Shown in pieces: positions 36,850 through 50,400 of a DNA stretch of 64,000 nt. Position 1 is the first letter of the stretch; the number at the start of each line of letters is the position of its first letter. Position numbers and translations under genes: made by a program. The DNA lies in contig OZ237760.1 in the NCBI GenBank assembly GCA_965178125.1, positions 372,001 to 436,000 on the forward strand, given 5' to 3'. The DNA is from Bilabrum cf. latius (Eukaryota). The notes beneath the pieces were generated by a model, which had not been told where the DNA came from, did no database searches, and saw only the letters and a list, made by a program, of their open reading frames with translations.

Positions 36850-39031
36850 TCAGCCGCTCGTCATTGTGGAAGCCATGAGCTCGGCCCTCCTCTGAAGCAC
36901 CTGCTCGTTGCTCACCCAAATACCCTCCATCTTGAAGGCCTCCGCGTGCTTGATAGTCACTGGATCCTGGCCCGTGGAAGACACCGCAAAACCCCAATCC
37001 TTGGAGATCCCCTGCAGAGTCTTCGTGGTTGCGACCCGCCCACCCTGCCAGAACACCTCGACGAACGTGTTGTCGATGTATACCTGAATCTGCACCGTAC
37101 TTTCCCCCTGCTTCAGCCGAAGGTTCGAGGAGCCCGACGTCGGCGCCGGTTGGGGCACACGCACACCCGACGTGCACTTGTCGTTCGAGGGGTTGTACCC
37201 CCAACCGGACTGCTGCTTCTGGCAGCATGACCCAACCAGAGGCGGCCGCGTCACGTATGTGTATGCGAAACAGTCCGGGTTGCTGAAGCACACCTGCTCG
37301 CAGATCTTGGGGTCACTGTAGTTGACGTTGGTCACATTCTGCGCCGGGAGAGGCAGACAACCGAGACTAGTAGGGGGCACGGATGGGGCAACAAGGCAAA
37401 TGCTGGAGGGGCACCCAAAAGCAGAAATGGACAAGAGAGCTGCACCAACACCAACGCCAAAAACAAAAATGAATAAATAAAAGACTCACGAAGTCAGCGC
37501 CGGGTAGGTCGGTGTGCGGCATGTACTGCGACAGCTCGGCACGCTCTCCCACGGTGACGGTGACGTTCTGCTCTCCAGGCGTGTAGACAAATGAGACCTC
37601 GGTCGAGACGTTACCAGCCCCAAGCGCAGTCCCAGCTCCATTGATCTCACTGGACCGCCCCGCAGCCACGTGCAGAGTGACGGTCGCGGCATGGGGAGGC
37701 AGCTGGACCTCGAGATTCACCACGCTCTGGTTGCCGGCCTGGTCGGGCCCGCCGTCAGACAGCCACAGAGAGCCGCCAGCGGGGACGGTCCCCTCGTCTA
37801 GAGAGAAAATAGAGTCGCCCTGCAGCTGCTGCAGCTCTTCCGCCGGGGCGAACACCAGCTGCTTGATCTCCTCGTCCCACGTGACCACCCGGGGCAGGGA
37901 CTGCGTGCTGGCAGGCGGGACCTTTGCCCAGCCCCAGTTGATGCGCCTTTCTTTCCTCGGGTCGTAGAAATCCTTGCTCGCGTAGTAGTCGCCTGCATCG
38001 ATACGCACGGGCGGCAACACCCCCGTCCAATTACCCGAGGAGCCTGGCTCGCCCTCCCTGTAGATGCCCACCTGCATCCAGTCCTTGCCCCCGTAGCTCG
38101 CCTTGTGCACGTGAGTGGCTCCTGTGGACGGCGAGGGGCCCCCGGGGAGCGGGAAGAAGGAGGGGCATTCGCCTTTTGCGAAGCCTGCGTTGCCGCTGGC
38201 CACCCGCCAGTGGATGAAATCAGACGAGGTGTACACGGTCGTGTCGTAGCCAGTCATGCGCCACTCCCCTGTGCTCGTCTGCCAGGCAGTCGTGGGATCC
38301 CGCTGGGTGTTATTCACGATCGGGTTGTAGGATGGCTTCGTCCAGTTCACCAGGAGAGGATCGCTCAGGTCTGCGGGAAGCGCCACCGCAAAGTCCGTGC
38401 CGGTCTGGCAGTTGGTCCAAGATGACTTGCTACACAGGCCTGGGTACACGATGACGGGCTTGCCATCTACGATCGTGGCACTTCCGGTGAAAATCGCTTC
38501 AATGTCGTACGGCCGATCACTGCGATGCAAACAAAAAGATTACTGCACCACTGGCGGGTACCCACCACGAACGCTGGGGGAAAAAGTAGCTGCAACTGCA
38601 ACGTACACTCTCACTTCCAGATTGCCACCGGAAGGTGGCTCCAGTGCACCAAGTCAGCCGAAACAGCATGACCCCAATCAGGGCCATGACCAGGTGGGAT
38701 TGCAAGATGATCTTGATACATGAGATCTGCGACGACGGGTCTGGAATCAAGATTCGTTCGTTCGTTCGTCTGAAATTGGATCTGCAACTTATCTATGGAA
38801 TTATGCAACGCACGAACCGCTGGCAGAAATGCGCTCACGGTACATTCCGTTAAAGTAAAAGGGGCCATTTGGATCATTCTCCGCGCAGCTCTTATCGCGA
38901 ACGTGATATTGTGGTGCCGTCGAGTCAAACTCTGGTCCACATTGGTCGTTGCCTGGCCCGCATGGACCCTTGGTGCATTGTGTCGTTGCAAAGACATGTG
39001 TAAGACTTAGTATGCTAATAACCACCAACAT
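36850..39031 (-). CDS. Secreted GH32 beta-fructofuranosidase/inulinase with inserted PAN/apple domain
   Basis: Signal peptide, ENDPNGP, WGHAVSADLVHW, FTGSA, QRDP, GECP and YYASKDF. Introns 38727-38838, 38520-38614 and 37339-37489. Ends TGA. Confidence 0.92.
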
Positions 39032-39513
39032 TGGGCGCTATTGTTCAACTTTGCGCTGCTTTATGAAATCCGTAATTTGATGCATCTTCTTCATATATTG
39101 CTACACCTTCGGCTTGGCGTGGGTGAACCGGCATCCAGCGCAAGGAAAGGCGCAAAGTTGAGGTCAGTGGTTGTTCGCGGCTCTATCCAGGTTGCCTCGA
39201 TCTGTTGCTGCTGCCAGTTTGAAGGGTCGGAAAGAGCCATTCCAGAATCCCAGAATGCCCGACGAGACTACCAACCCGAGAGTGGCACCGTGGCGGCACA
39301 AGCAGGTCAGATCTGGACAACATGATACTATGGCAATTCGCCTCGGCATAAGTCTTACGTATGTGCCGCTTGGCCAAATAGTGCTGTTGTAGGGTCAAGT
39401 CATCATTCATTTGTGGGGTTTGCGACCGTCCGTCGTGCAGGCGAGGCGTGCCAGTGGTTGCGACCGCAACTTGTGAATTCGGGGTTTCGACCGCATCCTT
39501 GTGCTTAATAGGC

Positions 39514-40273
39514 ATGGCTAGAGAGCGAATCGGTGCGATCTCGGTATTTTTATTGAGCTTATGCTCGCATGTCCGTGTGGTACTGAGCTAGGTCACGTGT
39601 ACGAATGGAATTTTCGATGCAAACGAGGTAAGCGATAACAACCGTTACGCGCTTCACAAGGCCAGCGCAAGTACAATTGTGGCGACTAGACACCCTCGAC
39701 GGATCTTATTTATTACAGACTGGAATCGACTGCGGCGGAGTGTGCCCTGTTGCGTGCCCTTCGCCGAGTCCTGACCCGAGAAGTGTTGCCACGCCAAGTG
39801 CAACACCTGCCGCGTTCTCTCGAAGCACTGTTTGGGATGATTCAGCTATTGTGTGGGGCATTGTGGCGGGATCTGTAGTATTTGCGCTGATGGTTGCCGC
39901 TTGTCTAGTTTTTGCTGCGAAGCCAGTGCAGGAGCATTCGCTAACGCTCCGTGGTGGCAACCACAGCAGGAATCGCAGCCGAAAAAGGCACAGCACCCAC
40001 AAACATACAATTAGTAGTGGCAGTACGAGAGTACATCCAGAGGGGATCCATAACAATGGACCGTTGGATCAGTAGGCAAAAACAGGAGGTGAGGTATCTG
40101 CCGCCGAAACAACTTCTGGAGCCGCGGCAGGCGCACCCACGGCCGGACTGCATCGATCACGCTCCAAGGACGCCAAACACATGAACGGCCCAGTAGCTGC
40201 CTAGGGAGCCTCAGCTGCACAAGGCTCCCGCCATGAAGAGTTTGACATCACGGGCGGCACGGAATTGTTCTGA
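39514..40273 (+). CDS. Small type-I membrane protein with Cys-rich CxNGxxDxNETGIDCGG module
   Basis: Signal peptide, then (TAG)VTCTNGIFDANE/TGIDCGGVCPVAC, a P/S/T stalk, one TM and a basic tail. Intron 39628-39718. TAG at 39589, 40073 and 40202. Ends TGA. Confidence 0.72.
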
Positions 40274-40468
40274 TGTGAGCCGCGGCCTGGGTGCGCAGTC
40301 TTCGACCGCTAGCCAGCATGTGCTAATAGCGGCGGGCGTTTCGTCTATTTGAACTTATTATTGTTGCATGTATCACGGATAAGGAAGCTGTGTTCCAGTA
40401 CATCTGCGGTCTGAGCAGCAGAGGCGATCCACACCACACCAGCCGGTTTGCTCTGTACCGGTACCTCG

Positions 40469-43400
40469 TCACACGGACGTCGAAGCCCCAGAGGAATTGC
40501 GGCTCAGGTCCGACAGCCGCACCTGCCTCGAATCCACGGGCGGGAGAGCCCTCTTCTCCCCGTCGGAAGACAGCTCGGCCGCGTGCAGCAACTCTCCCAG
40601 GGGAGCCACCACGCTCCCGCGCCTGCCCACCCGCTTGCCCACCGAGTTCATGGAAGAGCCCGCCAGCAGCACAGAACCACGCCGCTTGGAACCGCGGGAT
40701 ACAGCAAGAGTGGAACGCATTCCGGACCCGGGGCTGCCCACGCTTCCGCTGCTGCCTCCCTCTATCGCACCCTCAACCTCGCCCTCGCCCTCGGGTGCCC
40801 CGTCCTCCACCAGCACGCTGTGCGCATCCTCCCCGTCCACACCCACCCTCGCCCAGCTGTGCCCGCTGTTAGAATCCGCCTGTACCTGTGACAGCGCTCC
40901 CCTGACCCCAAGCGCCCACGGCCTCTCTCCCACCCGGGCAGCCACAAGCACAGCCACAGCATCGTGCAGCAGCACCAGAGCCAGTGGGCCGGAGCTCTCC
41001 CTATCATACAGGACCTGCCTCCGAGCAATAGCCACGAGATCAGCGCCTCTATCCGCGATGGAAGATCGCCGCCTCCGGGCCCGCTTGCCCCTCGCCTAGA
41101 CTCCGCGGGACCGCGATCGCCAGTCGTCGACGGTGCTCGACACACCACTACCGCCACCAGCACTGGCTTCTCGGCTGTCATCACCCCCAGCACCTGTCTG
41201 CGGATCCGAGCCCTGGATGCTGCCACTAGCGCCTTGCCCCAGCACTGCCACATCATCTGGCTGCACCGCCTCGAAGAAACCGCTGTGCTGCTCCCCTTGC
41301 AGCACCAGGCCGCAGCCCGGCGCCCAGTAGACCGACCCACTTGCCCCTGCTCTATCTGGAAGAGCCGAGTCGTCAATACCAGTCGCTGAATCGATCCCTG
41401 GCCGCTTTGGGTCATTACTTGATGAGGTCGAAGCCGTGTAGTCTCTTCGTGAGGTGACGGCATTGCGTCCTCGTCTGCTCCTCATCGGTGACAGTACCAC
41501 GCTGCCACCACCCGACCCAGCCCTGTGGATCGGCACGTCGTCGTCGCCTGACTCGTCCCCGTCCGTTCCCGCAGCCGATGAGAGGAGCGAGGCAGACGCG
41601 TTGGCGGTCGATCCTCCCGCCGATGCGCTGTCAAGCTGTCTCCTGATCCGCACCTCGCCTCTGGTCTTGGCATCGATGCAGCACCGAGAGAAATGCACCA
41701 GCCAGCGGCGCCAGGTGGACCCAGAGCTCGCGGGCGGCCGCAGCCAGGGAACAGGGGGCGCGTCCCCGATGCTAAGACTGCCAAGGTGGACAAAAGCGAC
41801 ACCCCCCTTGATCTCCACGGGCGGAGGACAGAGTTCCGCGTGACCCTCACCCTGGTGCTCTCTTGGCAGCTTCCGTGAGCCAGCAAGCTGCAGCCCCTGT
41901 GCTTCCCTGTACTGGTTCTGCTGCTCCATCGCCTGCCACCGCTGCGCCCACATGGCGCGCATCTGTGCTACGGCGGGATGTCCTCTGGCCTCCTCTAGAG
42001 CAAGGTCCTCGATACGGGTGGCTCTCCACCTCTCCCTACTAGAATGGGACAGAGCCGCCTGCCACAGCTGCTCCAGCTGCTGTGCGGACACTGAGCTGTC
42101 GACGGCAGAGGCAAATCGCATGAAGGCTTGCTTGGAGAGGGCGGGGTGTGCGTTACCATCCAGGGCGGACGCAGATTCGTCTGCCCTGGGGCCTTCCAGC
42201 CTCAGTCGCACGCTGGCGCGATCCCAGCGCCCCGCCGGAATCGCCCCCGGACCTGCGGGCAGCCGGTAGTCGGCGAGCACTCCCGCGGCGTGCAGCATGC
42301 CTTCTCTCCTCCTGGCGTGCCTCTGGCCGAAAGCATCCGCAGACATGCCGAGCAGGTCGTCCAGCCGCACTTCGTACTGGCCGTCGACGCGATCCGACAC
42401 GAACTCAAACTGGGGCTCGTCGCCTAAGGATTCCTGCCTCCGCCGGGCAACGCGGGAGCCTGCGCCAAAGGGGACGTGCGTACGGCCACCGGCACCACCG
42501 TCGCCGCTTCCGCTGATCGGCAGTGCCCCGATCAGCGCCGCCCGTCGCTTTTCGTCCTATTTCAGCGCGTACTCGAGCCCCATGGGGTCCATGAGCAGCT
42601 CGTCAGGCCTCGTTGAGGGCCGGCATGCCAGCCCGCGCATGGCCTGAGCGAATCGACCGCACTCGGCGGTGGACGCACCCGTCTTGTTGCGGAGGAGCGT
42701 GCTGGTTGCGTCGATGCCCGCCTGCCGACTGATCCACACGCAGGCCCCCGGAGCGGCATACACAACGGCTAGTGAAGCCTCAGCGAACCTTCGGTCCAGA
42801 GCCAGGGCGAGGAGACACACATCGAGGGCAAACGCCACGGCACGGTCTGACTGGGCGGTCTGCAGCCCGAGCTGGCTTACCATCTATCTAGCGTTCCTGG
42901 CTATCGTCTCGGTTGGGTGAAGCTCGCGCTTGCGTTGCTTCTGTCGCTGGCGCCAGGCGGCTGTCCCAGGCACCTCCGCGGTACCGCGATTGCTCGTCTC
43001 GCTGCCTTGCGCATCGCTCGGGCCTGGATCGGCTGTGATTTCAGGTCTCCTGCTGCTCACCACGTGTCCACTGGCACTCTCAACCATGGGTGCTGCGCCC
43101 GCATCTGCACCTGCCGCAATGTGAGGTGGGAACTCTTGGCCGGGCAACAGCGCGTCGCTGGAAATGAGCCGCATCCTGTCGTAGCGGGCGATAAGCGCGG
43201 TGATTTGATTGGCATGAAGGCTCCCTGTGGGCAGGTCCATCCCCGTCGTGCTTGAGGTAGAGGAAACCCCGGTGCTTGCCGCAGGCGGCTGCACCGCCCC
43301 CACTACTTCTGGCTGCGTGAGCTCGAGCCACTTGGGCGCGGCGCGCAGCACGCTGGCGGCATCCTCCGCCGCATTGTCCACCCCTGACAGGCACCTGTCC

Positions 43401-46400
43401 ATGCTCAGGCCACGCATCGCCGCGAGCGACATGCGAAACCTGCTGTATTCCCAGGACGGTAAGAACCCAGACGCCACCTCGTCCCCTCCGCCCATCGAGC
43501 CGATCAGTTCCAGCGCGCGGATGGTCGCGTGGCGAGCGTCCAGTCGCTCCAACTGCTCCTCTGAACCAGCCGCACTCGGGCCACTCGCCGGGGCGGCGCC
43601 TCCGGGCGGGTCACCACGCCCCGCAATCAGGCCGGCCCAGCGTGTCATGCGCATGTCACTTGCAACGCGGCGCGGCCCGCTGCTGGCCGGGACTGGAACC
43701 TGCGCGCAGTACAGGCACATGGTCTTCCAAAGGACGTGTGCCTCAAGGTACACCTGTGCCGGATCAGCCAAATCGATAAGATCGTCCCCTCGGATGGCCT
43801 GCCGCTCGCCTCCCGAAGCCACCTACTGCGGCGTCTGCTCCTTGGCTGCCTGCAGCGAGGTCAGCCTGGGATCATTCCTGTGCTGTGCCGTCGCGCTGGC
43901 TATCTCCAGTGGCAGAAACACCTGAACCAGCCATGTCCCAAACTTGGGCCTGGGCATGCCCTTCTCAGTCGCGCGTGCGCTCTCGGAGGCGTACTCCAGC
44001 AGCATTCGCAGCGTGAGCCGCAGGGCGTGCGATTGCAGCCCCTGCAGCGTGACACCCTTCCTCTCCCTACCCCTTTCTTGCTCTTTCCTAGCCGCGTCGC
44101 GAGCGCTCTGATCCGATGGTGCCCACACGACCTGCACGCCATGCGGGCCTGCTGCTGCTGCACTGCCGCCAGACCCTGGAACCCCCGCGCGTCTGGAGCG
44201 TCCCGGTGGTGATGAGGAGGAGGAGGCGCCCGCACCCGGTGTGCCCTCCTGGTCCAGCGGCATGCGCGGTGCCGCCACGCTGCGGGCTAGAGCCTCCACC
44301 AGCGGCCACATGGATCTCTCGTGCCTTCGGATCAGCGAGGACGCGCCCGGCAGCAGGATACTCTCCGTGGGTCCTCGGCTGTTAGCGGCCTCTTTGGCAT
44401 CCTACAGCCGTCTATCTGCCGCGGCGCTCCAACCGGACCGCGCAGCCTCGGCCTCTTCCTCCATTTCATCGGCAGCTTTCTTCCTGCCTTGCTCTATGCG
44501 CTTCTCCAGCCGCCGGATCTCCTTGGCTAAGTCCTTCCCCATAGGCGGCCAGCACAGCGCGGCGTGGGCACCCGGCCGCAGGCACACCGCCCTTTTTGTC
44601 GATGTGGTTGACCTGGTGATCTTTCGCATGAGCCTTTCCATTTCGCTCTCCTCCTGCACCCCACCCGCTGGATGCCCCGCCGCGTTGTGGTCGATCAACA
44701 CGTCGTGAAGGGCAGCGTGAGCCGGGGATCCAGACCTGGCTTGCCGCGCGATCATCACCGCAGCTGACAGAGGACAGGCGCTTGACCGCAGCAAGCGCTT
44801 CAATGCAATGCAGCGGGCCGTGTGATCGGCCGCCGCACGAACGTGCTTGAACCAGGAAGGCAGCTCCTGCGGCCGTTTGAGCTTCACAAGAGACACCAGG
44901 GACCCAGCAGTGCCGCCTTCGACGCCGCCGCTCGCTTCTGTGGAAAAGCTCTGAGGGCCTGGCCACCGGACTTCCACAGGCCGGCCCGCGCGGCCACTCC
45001 AGGTCACGGCGCGGTCGAAGTTCCACGCCGACTGGCGCACGCCCATCAACCGAAGCATGCGGTCCGGGGCGGGAGCGCTTGACCCCGCTCCTATACTAGC
45101 AGGGACGATTGCCGATGAATGCATTCCAGAGGCATCTCGGCCTTGTAGCGCAGCTCCCTGTCCACTATCCTCGAATCGATACCCCAGAGCGTCTGCGTCA
45201 GACGTCTACGTGCCCATATCGGCCGTGTCCACCCTCACGCGCAGATCAGCCAGGCTCAGCCGTCGCTTGCGACGATCCCGTCGGGCGGGAGATACGCGAG
45301 TCTGGGTGGGTTCAGGCCCCGCCGGCATTCCCATGGCTGTTCGAGCCCTTGCCGCGGCGGATCCGGGCGAAATCGACTGCGGCGATGCCTGCGCAGAGGT
45401 AGTGATGGAGCCTGCGCTCGGCTTGCCTCTGCTCCTGAAGCGATCCAGAGCAGAGGAGGGGGCTCCCTGCGACGGCGATCCTGCGTCTCGGACCCCCACC
45501 CCGCGCGTGCTGCTGATCCTACTGCCGCGCCCGGACGCGGCCACTCGGCCCGCCTCCCAGTCCTCCCCCCTCAGCTCATCAAGGAACCCACGCACCTCTG
45601 CAGCTAGCCTGAAAGCGCCGTCATCCGCGACGAGAAGCGCGTTCCTTGCGATGCGCTGCTCCTCCTCCGCCTTGTCCAGCAACAGGTACATGCCAGCTTC
45701 CACCGACGCCAGAGTTGGACGGACCACCACGTCGGCGCGGGGTGGCGGGTACTTTCTCCGGAGGGTGGCGGACTGGGTGGGTACCGTGTGTCCTGCTGCC
45801 TGCGGCCCGCCCGTGTTCAGCCTCTTCAGTGAGTGTCTGCGCCGCATGGAGGTACCGACGCTTCCGCTGCCACGCCTTGCGTGCGATGATGTGGCTGCCT
45901 ACTGCACCTCTTCGTCGTCCTCGTCCAGTGTGACCTGCCAGGGGTCGGACAGCAGCCGTGGCACGCGGTACGGCCCATTGTCGAGCTCACTGTCGCCTCC
46001 TTCGGCCTTTGGACCTTTCTCCTGCCCCTCTCTGAGGCCACTGCCTGCCTGACCGTCACTCTCTCCAGCACCAGCACCAGCCCCAGCCCCAGCCCCAGCC
46101 CCAGCGCTCCTGGTCCCACCGGCGCGCCCCAGCGCCACGTCCAGAAGGGATGCCTCCCCTGGTGACACGATGGCCACCGTGGCACCAGACCCAGAGGGTC
46201 CCCGCATGACCTGCCGCTCGTACCCCCCGGGGACCTGTCCCGTCCCCCCGATGCCGCCCACGGACCCCTCAGACACGCCCGACCCAGCGCCCCCAACGAG
46301 CAGCCTGCCGTGCATCCGGTCCAGTCGAGACTCGAGGGCCCCTGGCTGCCGCCCGGATTTGGCGCGCAGAACGGCTCTTCGAGCTGCCCTATCTTCATCT

Positions 46401-47269
46401 TCACCTTCATGCACGGCCTTGACCGCGGCCTTGGAGGCAACTCCAAGCTCTGCATCCCTGTGCACGCCTGACCGAGAGAGCCCGGCAAGGAGGTCTTCGG
46501 GCGATACCACAGCCTTTCGAAGACTTTCCTGTTCTTCGCCCGCCAGTTTGAGCTGTTCTGCTAGCGCTGCAGTGTCTCCCTGCGCCTTGACCCACTGCTC
46601 CATCGCCCTGTCCCTGTCTGCCTCAGCCTCCAGCCGAGCACGGTTCGCTTCGGCGGCCCGTTGCAGCGCGAAAGTCACCGCGCCTCGCTGCTTTCTCCTT
46701 ACATCGGCGGAAGTACTCACCAAAGCACCAAGTCGGCCATGATCCTTTGATATGGCGCCCCAAGTCATCCTCAGAGTGCGAGCAAGACGGGGATTCACGA
46801 CCTCGACGCGTTCGACCAGCTGCTGCATCACTTCGGCGTGTACATCGTGAGCATTTTCGAGGGCCTTATGCAGCTATTCAGAATCATCTTGATCCTAAGG
46901 AAGCGCAGCAGCCCCGTCGTTGCCTGTGATGGCTAGTTTGACTGCGTTGCTAGCTTCTTTCGCCCAATCCGTCTCTCTCTGCGACTGCAGTCTTCGCTTG
47001 GACTCTGATGCATCACTGTCTCTGTCTTGCTGGGCAGCCCTATGCACGGTATTAAATTTGGACATGCCAGCGTGCCCAGTCTTTACGCGCGGGCTTCGGA
47101 AAGCAAGCTTAAGTAGCTGCTCGTCCGTTGGAGTGGACTGACCCGAGCTGTGTTGCGGTCTGTTGCTCTTTCCTAAGACTAGCGAAGTCATGGTGTCTGC
47201 CTCATCAATCTTGTACTTGGATGCGCCATGCATTCTCTGCATGTCATGCGACAGGCGAGAGAAAGACAT
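40469..47269 (-). CDS. Very large hypothetical protein (about 2260 aa) with coiled-coil segments
   Basis: Nine track ORFs lie in one frame separated only by TAG (46895, 46874, 45899, 45206, 44402, 43823, 42884, 42557, 41096). There is no TAA or TGA until 40469. Start is tentative. Confidence 0.75.
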
Positions 47270-47499
47270 GGTTCTGCGATCAGCGTCAACTCGAGAGATT
47301 TCGGGCAATTCGGCTCCGAGCTGCCAGTGAGGAGTCGTGCGTCGCTCACTTGCATCTCTGAGGATCCACGGTCGCACGCTACGTGACTGTTAGTTTGAAT
47401 GCCCCTGTAGCTAAAGTAACTTCATTAAGTACGGTTTAGTTATCTAGGTGCTTTACATTGGGGATCACAGTTGTGTGCCTAGCACCGCTAGGATCTCTC

Positions 47500-50400
47500 T
47501 CACTCCTTAATGCGGTGCAGCTGCAGCTTCAGGCCGAACAGCCGAGTCAGCTGCTAGCTGAGCGCGCTTAGAATCACCAGCCGCACCGCGTTGTACGCCG
47601 ACGAATCCAGCCCAATCCCACCATCCTTCGCGGGCTTGTCCATGTCCTTCAGGAGCGATGTCGCCAGCTTGAGCACCGCATTCGCCGACGCGAGCTCCTC
47701 CTTCTTCTCGGGCCTGCGCAGCATGCGAAGGTACAGGTTAATCTGCTCTATCTGAAGCTGCGCCGTGGCTTGGTTCTTGCTGGCCACAGACTTGCCTATC
47801 CCCATGAACCGCAATGAGAAATAAAACGACACGACGGCCCAGAGAAGCATGATCAGCTGCGCGGGGCCGAGGCTCTCTCCCTCAGCGCCAGCACCAACAG
47901 AGACCGAGGAGCTGCCTGAGGAGGCACCCTGCATGTCGGCCACAAGCATGGCAACCACGAGCACCATCGTCAGCACGAAGAGGGTCTGCGCCACGAGATC
48001 CACGTCCCGCCGGGTGCCCCGCTTCCTCAAGAGGCCCCTGAGGTTGAGCCACATGAGGACGTGGGGCATCTTGTGCAGCCGGAAGTGCGGAACGCCTTCC
48101 TGCTTTGCCCTGCGGAATGACGTCAGGGAAGCGAAGCTCTCGGCGGTCAGCAGCCTGATCTGATACGCGCTCTCCACCTGTAGGAGCAGCACCATCACCG
48201 CAGAGTTCACGATGAGAGTGGCCAGAGTCCCGCTGGTGATGCACAGGGCGAGCCAGGGCTCCGCCCAGGCGAACTCCCACGCAGAAAGCGCGGCGCACCA
48301 GAGACTACCAGTGGCGAGGAAGAACAGCCGACTGGCCATCATGATCTCCAAGCCGTCAAGACCCGCGGGCTGCCTCCCCTGGCCCCCCAGCCCCTGGTGA
48401 TGTGCCCCTGCTCCACCGGCGTGGGTCGCGCTGTTCAAACTGCTAGAGGTGGAGGCGTTGGGTACGGGGCTGCCTGCCCGTGGGGAGGGCGTGGCGACGA
48501 TCCACTGAGGCGCCCGTTCCGCGATGCTCATTCCGTATGAGCTGGCGACCGCGTTCCTGGGGCACGCATGGGCGTACATGGTGGCGAGAGGCACGCAGGC
48601 GATTCCGACCACCACAAACAGGAACGTGGAGACGCTCCAGAGCGACGACGTCTGCGCCCGCTGCTTTTTGAGGACTCGCTTGTTGACGGCGCGGGCAGCC
48701 TGGGCTAGGCTGAACCTCCGCTTGACTCTCATCCCGTGCGATCGGCTCCACACCGACATGAAGATCGTGTCGCTCGAAGAGAAGTGCCGCGCCTCGGCGG
48801 CCGTCACGGCCATGCTGTTGGCTCGGATCCCACCGCCGTGGCTTGGCGTGGCGCGCAGCGACTCCCTGGCTCCAGCAGCATGAACACCGGGAGTCAGTGC
48901 AAGTGCCCTGTTGGAGCAATTCCTCTGCAACTGCGACTGGTTGTGGTGGTGCTCTCCCTGCATGGCAGACCGTGCCAGAGCCGCCATTCGCACCTCTTCC
49001 TGTGCCCTGAGTGGGAGCTCCGCCTCGAGCGGGTCCTTGAGCCCGTCCTTTATGGGGCCCCCTATGGGGTTGTTGAGCTTGAAGGGGGCCTTCGCAGACC
49101 CCGCGCCCGCGCCCGACGACTCTCGCCTGCTAGTATGGCCCAGCGTCGGGGGCAGCTTGAGGATGCCTTTGGAGGGCTCATCTGCAGAGTCACTTGTCCT
49201 GCTTTGAGCCTTCACTGCCCTGCCTCGACTAGGCGCCCGTCTAGCCCGCCGGCTTTGAGGCGGCTCGGCGGTGTCCTCTGCGGCATCCCCGTGATTGTGG
49301 GACCGACTGGAAGCGGCTGCACTCTTGGCCCCATCACCGACGTCGACGTCACGGAACCTCGTCGATCGACGGAGGGATCGCCTAGTGCCACGACGCTATG
49401 GGCTTGTCCCCTGAGATCTAGAATCAGCGCCGGTACCGCCAGCGTCACCACCAGCTCCCGATTGGCTCTCGTGACTCCTACTGCTGGCTTGGCGCCGAGT
49501 CCTTGCCATGCTGGCCCGGCCCTGCCTTGGTCTGCTTCCCGCCCTCCCTGTGTCAGACCTGCGCACGTCTCCCTCTGGTGGGTGCTCCCTCTGGTGCTGT
49601 GCGTGTCCCGCTGACCGCCGCCTGACCGACGCAGCAACAGGGGAGAGTTCCGCGGAGATATCCTCGGGATACTTCCCGGACATTTCCTCACCACGCTCTC
49701 CCAGAACGCCCTCCACCCCCAGCGACCGTCGCTTGGCCCGTTCTCTCGCCTCGATGATCGCGGCAGCCTCTCTCTCGAGCCTCTCGGCCACTGCCACTTC
49801 CTCCTCCTCGTCGTCATCGTCGTCGAATGCAATGGCGCTGTCCTCGTCCACGTCTGCGAGGGCCTCGCTGCTGCCGGCTTCCGTTGTATCATCGTCATCA
49901 TCGCCAATACCACTGAACGCTGAAGCCCTGGTAGTGGGCAAGCCGATCACGCCGGTGTCCTCCAAGCTCAGGTCGACCTCTCCCTCGCCGCCCTGACTGC
50001 CCCCTCCAGCGCCCCCGCGCCCGTCACCGCCAGGCCCCATCTCGCCGGATTCGGAGCCAGTATCACTGTCCCCAACATCTGAAGAGGGTCCCTCGCTGGT
50101 GACCGCCCGCGAGCCCGCACCTGCCCCCCCCTCGATTTCCTCCTCCTCGCCCAGCTCCTCCTCCCCGTCTGCGTCCAGGTCGGACGCAGTGCTCGCCCTC
50201 GCCCCGCGGCCACCGCCCAGCATAGATCGACCGCCGCTCATTTCGCCGGATTCGGATCGGTGCTGCTGCGCCACGATCTTTGCAATGGCCTCTCTCTGCT
50301 GGGCGGCCATGCTACCAATCATGCTCGCCCGAGCACCTGCCTGGCCGGCCGTCTGTACGAGGAGGCGCTGGCTCTCCATGCTGCTCTGCCGAAGCAGCTC

